Shown here: piece after piece, positions 9,101-19,131 of the stretch | Position numbering within the stretch: the first letter of the stretch is position 1 | How the letters are laid out: each line of letters opens with the position of its first letter | DNA from: Candidatus Thorarchaeota archaeon | GTDB lineage: Archaea; Asgardarchaeota; Thorarchaeia; Thorarchaeales; Thorarchaeaceae | DNA length: 64,000 nucleotides | Assembly: GCA_004524445.1 (NCBI GenBank) | Contig: SDNP01000008.1 | Span: 1-64,000, forward strand | Direction of reading: 5' to 3' | The notes under the pieces: model-generated | Told to the model about the DNA's origin: nothing | The model's input: the letters and a program-made list of their open reading frames with translations, nothing else | Databases searched by the model: none | Position numbers and translations under genes: made by a program

Positions 9101-11953
9101 ATGAAACCTGCCAAACCATTGTGCATGCTCTTTGTGCTATCTTTTCTAATCATGTTAGCTCTAGTGCCACCAACTTCAGTATCTTTCAGTAGTGTTGAAC
9201 GTCCTAAGGATATGAAAGCCATCGCTGGCGAAGGTCATTACTATGACGACTTGTCCAATGGATCGTACCGTGACCCTGAAAACACCAACGCAAGCTGGGG
9301 TGCAGGAGCGATTATGGCCGACACAGATAGAAGCGTCGATCGGCTCGATTCGTTCAACCTACCTGGGTCTGTACGCAGTCTGGCTATTCAAGGAAGAGAA
9401 GCTTTCGTAGCGGCCTATAGAACTGATACCAACTTGGACTCGCTCTTTGTACTGGATATAAGCAATGCAAGTGAAATCTCTGAATTATCAAATAGGGACT
9501 CTAGCAAGCATCTTACAGCTGTTGCAGTATCGGGTGACTTTGGGGTAGTGGGTCGAGCGGTAAATGGTGATTTGTTTTTCTATAACCTCAGCAAACCTAC
9601 CGACATGTTCGATGCCTTCTTAGGTTTTGACGATTATAATTTTACTGTTACCGATTTGGAGATTCAGGGTCGCTTTCTTTATGCCATGCGATTAAATACG
9701 GATGACGGTTTTGGGCTCTCTATCTATGACATCCAAGACCCATCGAATGTGATAGCAATTGACTCTTCTCCTTCATTTAACATCACTCGCGGATACGGAA
9801 TTGACATCCAAGGTGATATCCTCTACGTGGCCAATGGAGAACATGGCATTCTTTCAGTGAATGTTTCAAATCCCTATTCGCCAGAAAGATTGGATACACT
9901 AGATACGATAACAGGGTGGAACTGTACAGATGTTATTGTTGAGGGAAATAGAGTCTATATTGCCACTGAGTATCATGGAATCTATGTGGTTGACGCCTCC
10001 AATGTACGCGATTTGCGGATTCTCGGTCAGTGCGACACATTGGATAAGGCAAACCGATTGGCAATCCACGGCAAATCCCTATTCGTAGCTGATGGTACGC
10101 AGGGAGTAAGAGTCATTGACGTGTCAAATCCAAGAAATCCCACCTGGCTCCATCAAGCAAGTGGTTTCTATGCGTATTGCATCACTATCCATGGAGATAC
10201 TGTCTATGTGGGAACAGATGATGGAGTCCGTGCACTTCGCTACATGCATCAGACAGACTTCTACAAACTGGCTAGCTATAATGAGAGGAAGGCTCTTGAT
10301 ATCCGTGTGCAAGGGGAGATAGCCTATGTGGCTGGTGGTTCTGACGGCCTCTATACTCTGAATGTTAGTGACCCCGCCAATCCAGTGCTTCTTGATAATA
10401 TCACCGTTGGTTTTCCAGAATTCTATAGAAAACTGGATGTTCAAGGTCATTATGCATACGTTGCAGACTATGGACCAGGTGGGGGTTTGAGAATATTCAA
10501 TGTATGCAACCCCTCCAATATCGAGTACATTGGTGTTCGAACTTTCTCACAGACCACAGATGTGGACGTGGAAGGTGATGTTGCGTTCGTGGCTAATGGA
10601 AACAATGGATTTGCAATACTAAATGTGAGCAACCCGTCTCTTTTTGCCCTGAGCGTTTCAGGTCCCTATGTTGACATTAGTATCACAGGTGGTGATGGAA
10701 GCCTAGGCAATATCACTGCACTGTGGAATCAAGGCCCACATTTGTATGTTGCAAACTACCGAGAATTCGGTGGTGGGTGCTTTACCTATGATATTAGCGA
10801 TTTGGCAAATCCAAGAATGATGAGTTCTGCTGCTGTCTACAAATCCTATGAGATTGCTGTCGACGGTGATATCGCATTTGTCAACCATGATTCAGTCTTA
10901 AGGGTATACAATTTGACACCTCCAAATAATACTCAACTCCTTACCTCGTTCGGGTGGATTGACAATATAACCGGAATATGTACTGATGGAAGATATGTCG
11001 TGGTTTCAATGGGGGATGATAATCTCATTCTCCTTGATGCAAGTAATTCAAGTGATCTTGATGTTCTTGATTGGCAAGATGAACCAACTCCCCTTGGGGT
11101 TTTCATTCACGGAGAGAATGTCTATTGCGCAGCTGAAGACCATGTATCCATATACAGTATTTACAAGGGAGCTTGTAGCTCATTCCGAGAAGGTCTGTCA
11201 GTGGCTCAATCAATTCCCTTGGATGATACGGAGAGGGCGATGGTAAGCGCAACACTCCATTCTGACTACTGGCATCAAAGCGAGGTTTCTGTCCAATTCC
11301 AACTTTCACCAGATGGCGGAGAAAACTGGGAAAACGTCATGCCAGGTATGGAGCACGAATTCGAACACATTGGCAGCGATTTATGCTGGAAAATCAATAT
11401 CCATAACGGACTCAGAGACCGCACTGCTTTCATCTATGATTTGGATATTGAATATACGTACAATGAGGCGCCAGAGGCTCCTGTTCTGAACGACCCTGGT
11501 GAAACTGATGGTGACGGCAATTTTACGGTCTCATGGAAAGCAGCAGCCGATTCTACTGGAAGCATATACTCGTATGAATTACAGATAGCCAGTACGATCG
11601 AATTTGATTCAGTTCTGGACAGCTGGGTGACAGACGATGTGAATCAAGAGGTAACGAACCTTGAGGAGGGGGAGTATTATTTCAGAGTTCGAGGAATGGA
11701 TGAATTTGGAATGTTGGGACCATGGAGCAACGTTGAGAATATAACAGTCGAAATCGAAACACCCACCACGACCACCACCACAACTACTACTACCACAACA
11801 AACACGGAAGAAACAACAACCACCACTTCAGATACTGATGATACCAACGGACAGTTTTGGTTTATCTTCTTCTTTGACTCAACACTGCTTCTGATGATAA
11901 TAATCGGTCTAGCTTTTGTTGTAATCGTCATAATTGCCCTGAGGAGAAGGTAA
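9101..11953 (+). CDS. membrane-anchored surface protein with LVIVD beta-propeller repeats, an Fn3-like domain and a Thr-rich stalk
   Basis: Signal peptide after GGTGA RBS (ATG 9101); many 'YVA..G...vdvSnP.nP' repeats; YYFRVRG; poly-Thr; C-terminal TM followed by RRR. Confidence 0.85.
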   Translation: MKPAKPLCMLFVLSFLIMLALVPPTSVSFSSVERPKDMKAIAGEGHYYDDLSNGSYRDPENTNASWGAGAIMADTDRSVDRLDSFNLPGSVRSLAIQGREAFVAAYRTDTNLDSLFVLDISNASEISELSNRDSSKHLTAVAVSGDFGVVGRAVNGDLFFYNLSKPTDMFDAFLGFDDYNFTVTDLEIQGRFLYAMRLNTDDGFGLSIYDIQDPSNVIAIDSSPSFNITRGYGIDIQGDILYVANGEHGILSVNVSNPYSPERLDTLDTITGWNCTDVIVEGNRVYIATEYHGIYVVDASNVRDLRILGQCDTLDKANRLAIHGKSLFVADGTQGVRVIDVSNPRNPTWLHQASGFYAYCITIHGDTVYVGTDDGVRALRYMHQTDFYKLASYNERKALDIRVQGEIAYVAGGSDGLYTLNVSDPANPVLLDNITVGFPEFYRKLDVQGHYAYVADYGPGGGLRIFNVCNPSNIEYIGVRTFSQTTDVDVEGDVAFVANGNNGFAILNVSNPSLFALSVSGPYVDISITGGDGSLGNITALWNQGPHLYVANYREFGGGCFTYDISDLANPRMMSSAAVYKSYEIAVDGDIAFVNHDSVLRVYNLTPPNNTQLLTSFGWIDNITGICTDGRYVVVSMGDDNLILLDASNSSDLDVLDWQDEPTPLGVFIHGENVYCAAEDHVSIYSIYKGACSSFREGLSVAQSIPLDDTERAMVSATLHSDYWHQSEVSVQFQLSPDGGENWENVMPGMEHEFEHIGSDLCWKINIHNGLRDRTAFIYDLDIEYTYNEAPEAPVLNDPGETDGDGNFTVSWKAAADSTGSIYSYELQIASTIEFDSVLDSWVTDDVNQEVTNLEEGEYYFRVRGMDEFGMLGPWSNVENITVEIETPTTTTTTTTTTTTNTEETTTTTSDTDDTNGQFWFIFFFDSTLLLMIIIGLAFVVIVIIALRRR
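11758..11826 (+). repeat. low-complexity ACN codon run encoding the Thr-rich linker
   Basis: acc/act/aca/acg triplets encoding TPTTTTTTTTTTTTNTEETTTTT. Confidence 0.7.
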
Positions 11954-12070
11954 CATCTTACCCAGACACCTAAGCAAGCAAGATGGCACACTCTCGCCCT
12001 GGTTCAAGAGTTATGTATCTAAGAAGAGATTAAAATAGCCAGAAGATATGCTCCTATTCGTGGACCAATC

Positions 12071-13198
12071 ATGAAACCAAGAGAGCGATTCCATAAGACT
12101 GTGTCCCACGAGGAACCCGATAGAGTACCTCTTGACCTCTGGATTACACCACAAGCCTATGAAAGCCTAAGAGACTATTTGGGGATTGATGCGCCAGAAA
12201 CCCAAGAATGGGGCATAATGAGTGTCTGGCAAATTTCTGAAGAGATGCTACAGAGACTCAATATTGATTTTAGGCGGGTATACATGAAACCCGCCGCAGA
12301 CTTCAAGGCAAAGGAATACCCTGATGGAAGTGTTGAAACCGAGTTCGGTTGTAGAGGGAAGTGGATTGGGAAGTACTGGGAGATAGTGCATTTTCCGTGG
12401 GCGGATTTCACCGAAGTAGAAGAAGTGGAGGAGTACGAATGGCTGGATCCAGAAGATCCTTCGCGACTAGATGGTGTTGTAGAGTGGGCCAGACATCTTC
12501 ATGAAGAAGCGCATTATGCAGTTGTCGGAATGGTTGGGGGCCCTTGGGGAGTATTCGAGGTTTGTGCGCATTACATGAGAGGTTTTGATAAATTCCTCAT
12601 GGACCTCATAGCTCGACCCAAATTAGCTGAAGCCATGATGAATAAATCAATGGAGTTGGCTCTAGACATGAACGCTGTCTTTCTGGATGCAGTGGGAGAT
12701 TACTTGGATATTGTGCAAGTAGGAGATGACTTGGGTCATCAAAACGGATTGATAATGAGTCCCAAGATGTATCGCGATATGGTTAAACCGAAACACAAGA
12801 AAATTTACTCGGATATTCACAGGAGAGCCCCTCATGTCAAGATTCTCTATCACACTTGCGGAGCCATCGAGCCAATGGTAGAGGATTTGATTGACGTAGA
12901 GGTTGACATTCTGAATCCTGTTCAGCCACTGGCAAAAGGGATGGACTCCAACAAATTAAAACAGAAATACGGAGACCGACTGACTTTTCATGGGGGAATC
13001 GATTTGCAACAAGCAATGTCATCTGCTGGTACAATCACCGATCTCAGGGACGAAATTGACACTAGATTGCAGGCATTCGCACCGGGTGGAGGCTACATTT
13101 TAGCCCCAGCCCATAACATACAGCCAGATTCGACTCCTGAGAAGATACTGGAAATGTATGATTATGCAGCTAAGAAAGGGCGGTATCCAATCCGTTAG
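12071..13198 (+). CDS. UroD-family protein, probable corrinoid-dependent methyltransferase
   Basis: EEPDRVP, GDDLG, YHTCG, LNPVQ, FHGGID and GGGYILAPAHNIQ motifs. Confidence 0.85.
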   Translation: MKPRERFHKTVSHEEPDRVPLDLWITPQAYESLRDYLGIDAPETQEWGIMSVWQISEEMLQRLNIDFRRVYMKPAADFKAKEYPDGSVETEFGCRGKWIGKYWEIVHFPWADFTEVEEVEEYEWLDPEDPSRLDGVVEWARHLHEEAHYAVVGMVGGPWGVFEVCAHYMRGFDKFLMDLIARPKLAEAMMNKSMELALDMNAVFLDAVGDYLDIVQVGDDLGHQNGLIMSPKMYRDMVKPKHKKIYSDIHRRAPHVKILYHTCGAIEPMVEDLIDVEVDILNPVQPLAKGMDSNKLKQKYGDRLTFHGGIDLQQAMSSAGTITDLRDEIDTRLQAFAPGGGYILAPAHNIQPDSTPEKILEMYDYAAKKGRYPIR

Positions 13199-13866
13199 GG
13201 GATTGGCTTCTCTTTATGCATTTCATGAGGGTCCTCTCCCTCATCCAACTTATCGGCCCACCATACGTCAGTAGATACTACTTCCTCTGCCGCTGTGAGA
13301 ACATCTTCAATGCGGGACTTTGGAATAACGACAACTCCATCACCATCAGCGAAGATCAAGTCGCCCACCTCAACTCTGAGACCACCACAAGTGATTGGCT
13401 CATCAACGGATTGCATATCTAAGCGACCTCTCATTGTTCCGGGATGACGTCCACGAGCAAACACTGGAAAATTCATTTTGTCAATATCATTAATATCTCT
13501 GGAAGTACCGTCTACAACTGCTCCGGTCAGCCCTTTTGGAATGCCAATTCTCGTTAGAACCTGTCCCCAAACAGAGCAATCGGTTGCGCCACTTGAATTG
13601 ATGCATGCTATATCCCCTTCCTTCGCCTTGGTGGCCAAGCTCATGAATAAGTCCAATTGCCCCTCGTCATACGGACTATTTGGAGGGGTACGCACAAGTT
13701 TTCCAGTTCTTGCAAACCCAGCCATTCGATATTTCTTTGTTAAGGGCTTAATTCCCCGATCCATACAGACTGGGCTTATCCCCACTTCGTCGGCGGCATC
13801 GGATACCGCAGCTACATAAAGCTTCAGAGTTCTCTCTATTGTCTGCAGTTTGTTTGCCATGGTCAA
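13195..13866 (-). CDS. RraA-like / 4-hydroxy-4-methyl-2-oxoglutarate aldolase family protein
   Basis: AVSDA, WGQVL, GAVVDGTSRD, FPVFARG and GDLIFADGDGVVVIP motifs. Confidence 0.9.
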   Translation of the reverse strand: MTMANKLQTIERTLKLYVAAVSDAADEVGISPVCMDRGIKPLTKKYRMAGFARTGKLVRTPPNSPYDEGQLDLFMSLATKAKEGDIACINSSGATDCSVWGQVLTRIGIPKGLTGAVVDGTSRDINDIDKMNFPVFARGRHPGTMRGRLDMQSVDEPITCGGLRVEVGDLIFADGDGVVVIPKSRIEDVLTAAEEVVSTDVWWADKLDEGEDPHEMHKEKPIP

Positions 13867-13870
13867 TCAC

Positions 13871-14350
13871 TCATTTTTTCCAAAGATAAATACAATAGTC
13901 ATCGCCACGCATCATGCACTTTGGAATTGACAATCTCAAATCCGAATCAACTGCCCGACCTATTCCATCATCCATAGCACATACCCAATGACAGATGTCT
14001 TCTTGTGCTCCTTCCGCTTTGAATGTATCAATCCAAGGACACGAATGAACCTTGATTTCAGCGGTATCATCACCAGAGTCAATCAATTCTAATTCAAATC
14101 CAAAATATGGGTGAGCCCCCTCAAAAAATTCGAAAATAGATTCTGGATCTCCTTCTCTTAGTGCGCCACTCTCAATTCCAGCTTTACCCAGTTCCAGGCC
14201 ATGCTTGATATTTGCTTGTCTTAGTGCCTCCAATCCCTCTTCCCCGCAATGTTCTCTCATCGCTTCCACATAGACAGCATGCGCGCTGGCTAGTGTTTCC
14301 ATATTCGTTTTCCTGACTTCATCTGCTGTTGGACCAGTCATATTGCTCAC
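13871..14350 (-). CDS. V4R-like / ATC-hydrolase-family small ligand-binding protein
   Basis: VHSCPW...ICHWVCAMD...KCMMRGDDYC cysteine pattern. Confidence 0.7.
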   Translation of the reverse strand: MSNMTGPTADEVRKTNMETLASAHAVYVEAMREHCGEEGLEALRQANIKHGLELGKAGIESGALREGDPESIFEFFEGAHPYFGFELELIDSGDDTAEIKVHSCPWIDTFKAEGAQEDICHWVCAMDDGIGRAVDSDLRLSIPKCMMRGDDYCIYLWKK

Positions 14351-14465
14351 CTAATCGACCGACACATTTTCTTAAATTAGTTTAGGATGATAACGTGTCA
14401 GAAGTTAAAGTATTCTTTGGTCGTTTGATAGAGTATTTATGTTGGATTAAGTTTTAGGAAAACCA

Positions 14466-15647
14466 GTGGTGCATGCTATGCTAGCGGAAAGAAACCAATT
14501 TGTTCCAGCCAGTGAAATACGAAGAATCTACAACATGATTCTCGGACGAGATGACGTTATTGACCTGACAGTGGGAATCCCAGATTTTGATACACCACAG
14601 CATATCAAACAAGCAGCAAAGCAGGCAATTGATGATGGTTTTACTAAATATACCCACAATGCAGGTTTCATAGATGTACGTCAAGTGTTCGCTGATAAGC
14701 TGAAGCGAGATAATGGTATTGATGCAGATCCTGTTAGCGAGATTATGGCCACCGCCGGCGGCATGGGTGCACTCGTCCTTGCGAACCTTGTTCTTGTTGA
14801 GCCGGGAGATGAAGTAATATATCCAGATCCGGGATTCGTCAGTCATTATGCCCATGTGAAGTTGGCGGAAGGCAAAGCGATTCCACTTCAACTAAAGAAG
14901 GAAAACGGCTTTGGGGTAACTGCTGAGGGGGTTAGCAAGCTGGTCACGGACAAGACCAAGATGTTGGTCTTGAACTCTCCCAACAATCCAACAGGCGGAG
15001 TCATCTCCAATGAAGAACTCAAGAAGATTGCGGAACTCGCAATTGAGAAGGACTTCTATATTCTCTCAGATGAGGCTTATGAAAAATTCCGCTACGATAA
15101 TGAGAAACCACTATTCATCGGTTCCTTGCCGGGAATGAAAGAACGAGTAGTATCTCTCTTCTCTTTGTCTAAGTCATATGCTATGACAGGCTGGCGAATT
15201 GGCATTTGCACGGGACCGTCTGAGGTTATTGGTGCAATGACAAAACTGCAAGAACATGTCATTGCGATGCCAACCTCGATTTCCCAAAAAGCAGCAGCGG
15301 CAGCTGTCGAGGGGTCACAGGATTGTGTCAAGGAAATGCTGGATACCTTCAAAGAAAGACGAGATATTATGGTGAAGGGCCTACAGCAAATTGAGGGGGT
15401 CGACTTACAGCCTCCCGGCGGAGCGTTTTATGTATTTCCAGATGTTTCAGCATTTGGAATGGAGACCTTTGAATTGGTTATGAGAATACTCAATGAAGTT
15501 AATGTTGCAACAGTTCATGGTTCTGCATTCGGACATTTTGGTGAAGGATTCCTGAGACTATGTTATGCAATGTCAACTGAGAGCATTGAAAAGGCACTAC
15601 AAAGGCTTGATACTTTCCTACCGAAGCTCCTAAGAAAATCGAAGTGA
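14466..15647 (+). CDS. class I/II PLP aminotransferase (AspAT-like)
   Basis: GIPDFDTP, NSPNNPTG, SDEAY and SLSKSYAMTGWRIG motifs. Confidence 0.93.
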   Translation: MVHAMLAERNQFVPASEIRRIYNMILGRDDVIDLTVGIPDFDTPQHIKQAAKQAIDDGFTKYTHNAGFIDVRQVFADKLKRDNGIDADPVSEIMATAGGMGALVLANLVLVEPGDEVIYPDPGFVSHYAHVKLAEGKAIPLQLKKENGFGVTAEGVSKLVTDKTKMLVLNSPNNPTGGVISNEELKKIAELAIEKDFYILSDEAYEKFRYDNEKPLFIGSLPGMKERVVSLFSLSKSYAMTGWRIGICTGPSEVIGAMTKLQEHVIAMPTSISQKAAAAAVEGSQDCVKEMLDTFKERRDIMVKGLQQIEGVDLQPPGGAFYVFPDVSAFGMETFELVMRILNEVNVATVHGSAFGHFGEGFLRLCYAMSTESIEKALQRLDTFLPKLLRKSK

Positions 15648-15689
15648 TGGATGCAAAAAATAATCTACTTAGAGGTGTATTGTAACAAG

Positions 15690-18035
15690 ATGACCTCCAG
15701 AACGCAACGAATCAAGGATAGGATGCTTGCTGCAGAGCCTACTATATCAAGCGAAAGAGCTTCAATTTTCACTAACTACTTGATATCTCATGAATCTAGA
15801 CCAATGAAAATTCGATTGGCCAATGCATTCGCCGAGGTTCTAGATCAGATGACCATTCGAATAGAGCCAGAGGAATTAATTGTTGGAAATATGGGCCCTA
15901 CTCCCCGTTCTTGTCAAATATTCCCAGAGTATAGCTGGGAATGGATAAACGAGGAGCTCGATAGATTCGATGCGCGTAGAACAGAACCATTTCAGATAGC
16001 TGAAGGTGATAAAGAAATTCTCAGAGAGGTCTTCGAATATTGGAATGAAAAAAGTACGGCAGAAATCGCTCGTAACAAAATGCCAATGGATGCTCAGAGG
16101 GCCTCCAAGGCCGGATTATTCACGATTGGTGCACCAGGGACTGGAATCGGGCATGTTATCGTGGATTATCCCACAGTCCTCAGAGAAGGCATCGCGAATA
16201 TTGCATCTGATATAAGAAACAAGCTGAAGGATTCGACCTCTAAAGAGAAGAGAGAATTCTATGAAGCAGTAATAATTGAGTTGGAGGCGGTAATTGCATT
16301 TGCGAACAGGTTTTCCAAGCTTGCTGCCAATCTTGCAGATGAGGAATCCGACCAACAAAGAAAGGCGGAATTGATTGAAATCTCACAAATATGTGCAAAA
16401 GTTCCTGAACATCCTGCAGAATCATTTCACGAGGCACTTCAGTCATTTTGGTTTGTGCATCTGCTTGTGCAGACCGAATCAAACGGTCATTCGATATCCA
16501 CCGGTCGCTTTGATCAGTATATGTTTTCATATTTTCAGCAGGATATGAAGTCAGGTAAGATCACTAGAAACCAAGCACTCGAACTTCTAGAAATGCTATG
16601 GATCAAGTTGACCTCTCTAATCAAGCTAAGAAATGAGTACTACAGTGTGGCTTTCGCAGGTCATCCCATGTTTCAGAATTTGACTATTGGGGGACAAGAT
16701 GCCGAAGGTAATGATGCCTGTAATGACTTGACCAGTCTCGTTTTGGAGGCGACGAAGAATATACGAGTCACGCAACCTACGGTTTCATTCAGATGGCATG
16801 AGGGTACACCTGACAGCTACATGAGGGAGGTTGTCGAGGTTGTTTCTAAGGGCTTGGGGATGCCAGGTATCTTCAATGATGAAATCATAATTCCTCTGAT
16901 GATCGATAAAGGGACAGACCCTTCTGAGGCTTATGATTACTCAATCCTCGGGTGCGTGGAGCCAATAATTGCTGGCAAATCGGATCCTCGACCAAACATT
17001 GGTTATGTCAATTTGCCCAAGATCCTAGAGATAACTCTCAATAATGGAACTGACCCGATGCGTAGCGAGAAAGTGGGACTAGAAACCGGTGACATCACAA
17101 GATTCACTTCCTTTGAGCAGCTGTGGAATGCCTACGAAAAGCAAATCGATTATGCTATTGAACTGCTGACAAAGGCAGACCACGTTGCAGCAGGAATTCT
17201 TTCTAAAAACAAACCTACGCCGTTCATTTCATGCCTATTAGAGGGCTGTCTGGAAACCGGCAAGACAATGCAAGAAGGTGGAGCGGTCTACAATTCTGGT
17301 GGCATCATGGGTGTTGGGGTTGCAATAGTTGCTGATTCACTTGAGATGATTAGAAAGCATGTTTTTGAACAAAATACCATCACGATGGATAATCTGTTGG
17401 AGGCATTACATGCTGACTATGAGGGTTACGAAGAACTGAGAGTCCTTCTTGATAATGACCCATCAAAATATGGGAATGATATTGCAAGAGTAGATTTTCT
17501 TGCTCGAGATACAGGTGTAGCATTCTGTGATGCAATCCAGAGTCGCATGACAACACGTGATGGGCCATATCATGGTGCACTGTTTTCAGTTTCTATGTAT
17601 ATTCCTCAAGGAGAGGTCCTAGGAGCTACTCCGGATGGCAGAAAGGCAGGTATCATGCTTTCTGATGGTGTTTCACCAACTCAGAATCGAGATGTTAATG
17701 GACCCACTGCTGCTATGAAATCAGTTGCTCGATTGGATCATCAACGCTGCTATAATGGAACTCTGTATAATATGAAATTTACTCCAGAGATGTTCAGCAG
17801 CAACAACTCAAGAAGCAAATTCATTGGCCTTGTTGAAGGATATTTCAAAATGAATGGATTACATGTCCAGTTCAATGTTGTAGATAAGGCAACATTAGAG
17901 GATGCGAAGATACACCCTCTACAACACCGTAATCTCATAGTTCGAGTGGCAGGCTATAGCGCATATTTCATTGAACTGGACCCCTTCGTGCAAGATGAGA
18001 TAATCGCTCGAACGGAATTTTCCTCTACACACTAA
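15690..18035 (+). CDS. glycyl radical enzyme, non-PFL (PFL2/dehydratase-like)
   Basis: GCVEP cysteine loop; C-terminal RVAGYSAYF glycyl-radical motif; ESNGHSIS; QNLTIGG; GAGGTG RBS before ATG 15690. Confidence 0.93.
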   Translation: MTSRTQRIKDRMLAAEPTISSERASIFTNYLISHESRPMKIRLANAFAEVLDQMTIRIEPEELIVGNMGPTPRSCQIFPEYSWEWINEELDRFDARRTEPFQIAEGDKEILREVFEYWNEKSTAEIARNKMPMDAQRASKAGLFTIGAPGTGIGHVIVDYPTVLREGIANIASDIRNKLKDSTSKEKREFYEAVIIELEAVIAFANRFSKLAANLADEESDQQRKAELIEISQICAKVPEHPAESFHEALQSFWFVHLLVQTESNGHSISTGRFDQYMFSYFQQDMKSGKITRNQALELLEMLWIKLTSLIKLRNEYYSVAFAGHPMFQNLTIGGQDAEGNDACNDLTSLVLEATKNIRVTQPTVSFRWHEGTPDSYMREVVEVVSKGLGMPGIFNDEIIIPLMIDKGTDPSEAYDYSILGCVEPIIAGKSDPRPNIGYVNLPKILEITLNNGTDPMRSEKVGLETGDITRFTSFEQLWNAYEKQIDYAIELLTKADHVAAGILSKNKPTPFISCLLEGCLETGKTMQEGGAVYNSGGIMGVGVAIVADSLEMIRKHVFEQNTITMDNLLEALHADYEGYEELRVLLDNDPSKYGNDIARVDFLARDTGVAFCDAIQSRMTTRDGPYHGALFSVSMYIPQGEVLGATPDGRKAGIMLSDGVSPTQNRDVNGPTAAMKSVARLDHQRCYNGTLYNMKFTPEMFSSNNSRSKFIGLVEGYFKMNGLHVQFNVVDKATLEDAKIHPLQHRNLIVRVAGYSAYFIELDPFVQDEIIARTEFSSTH

Positions 18036-18124
18036 CCCAACATGGAGCTTACGACAAGTTTAACATTCAGAACTCCAATATTAAATTCAACTTAAATCCA
18101 TGAGAGAAAATGAGAGTGTGAAAT

Positions 18125-19120
18125 ATGAGTTACGACGTTGTTACTTTTGGGGAGGTCATGCTAAGGCTTTCTCCACCCGATTTCAAACGATTTGAACAGA
18201 CACACAGTTATGATGCACATGCAGGTGGAGCTGAGATGAACGTTGCAGTGGCCTGTTCCCGATTAGGATTAAGTTCTGCATACGTCACTAAATTGGGTGA
18301 TAATTCAATTGGGCATTTCATTAGAAATCAGGCACGAATGCATGATGTGGATACTTCTCACATCCTTTGGGACCCGGATAGTCGATGCGGAGTTTATTTC
18401 GTGGAGTTTGGTGCTGCACCTCGAACAAATCGCGTAATCTATGATAGGGCACATTCAGCAATTAGCAAGATCAAACCTGGAGAGGTACATTGGGATGATA
18501 TCCTTGATGGGACAAAACTGTTCCATACAAGCGGAATAACTCCTGCTCTCAGCAAGGGTTGTGCAGATACCACTATGGAGGTATTCAAAGCAGCCAGAAA
18601 ACACGACGTCAAGGTATCTTATGACGTCAATTATAGAGGTAAGCTTTGGACTCCAGAAGAGGCAAGAAAATTCACTGAACCGGCATCAGAATACATTGAC
18701 ATCCTCATTACCACTGAAGAGGATACCAAAGTTGTTTACGGAATCGAAGGTGAAAACTACGAGGAAGTAGCTGCCAAACTGACTGACAAGTTTGGCTTCG
18801 AAGTAGTCCTGATCACCCTTCGCGAGACGCCATCTGTTCTCGAGAATAAGTGGTCCGTCTTTGCTTATGCAGATGGAGCGGTCTATCGGAGTCCGAAATA
18901 TGATATTGAAGTCATAGATCGTCTTGGCGGTGGCGACTCATGCAGTGCCGGTTTTATCTATGGCTATTTGGAGCTTGGAGACCTGCAGCAAGCAGTTAAC
19001 TTTGGCTCAGCCTTCTCAGCATTCAAACAGACAATACCCGGAGACCTTGCATTCGTAAACAAAGAAGAAATCAAGAAACTAGTTGAAGGCTATGAGAGAG
19101 GGCTCAGAATTCAGAGGTAG
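18125..19120 (+). CDS. kdgK: 2-keto-3-deoxygluconate kinase (PfkB family)
   Basis: VTFGEVMLRLSPP, GGAEMNVA, YDRAHSA, YDVNYRGKLW and DRLGGGDS motifs; adjacent to eda. Confidence 0.85.
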   Translation: MSYDVVTFGEVMLRLSPPDFKRFEQTHSYDAHAGGAEMNVAVACSRLGLSSAYVTKLGDNSIGHFIRNQARMHDVDTSHILWDPDSRCGVYFVEFGAAPRTNRVIYDRAHSAISKIKPGEVHWDDILDGTKLFHTSGITPALSKGCADTTMEVFKAARKHDVKVSYDVNYRGKLWTPEEARKFTEPASEYIDILITTEEDTKVVYGIEGENYEEVAAKLTDKFGFEVVLITLRETPSVLENKWSVFAYADGAVYRSPKYDIEVIDRLGGGDSCSAGFIYGYLELGDLQQAVNFGSAFSAFKQTIPGDLAFVNKEEIKKLVEGYERGLRIQR

Positions 19121-19131
19121 GTGCAGAAGAG

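Noticed and set aside
11758-11826. CRISPR or VNTR-like repeat
   Set aside because: Degenerate ACN codons of a Thr-rich linker inside a CDS; no repeat-spacer structure seen anywhere in the window
15690-18035. Calling the GRE pyruvate formate-lyase because it sits near eda
   Set aside because: It lacks the adjacent Cys-Cys pair; GCVEP is the eliminase/PFL2-type loop
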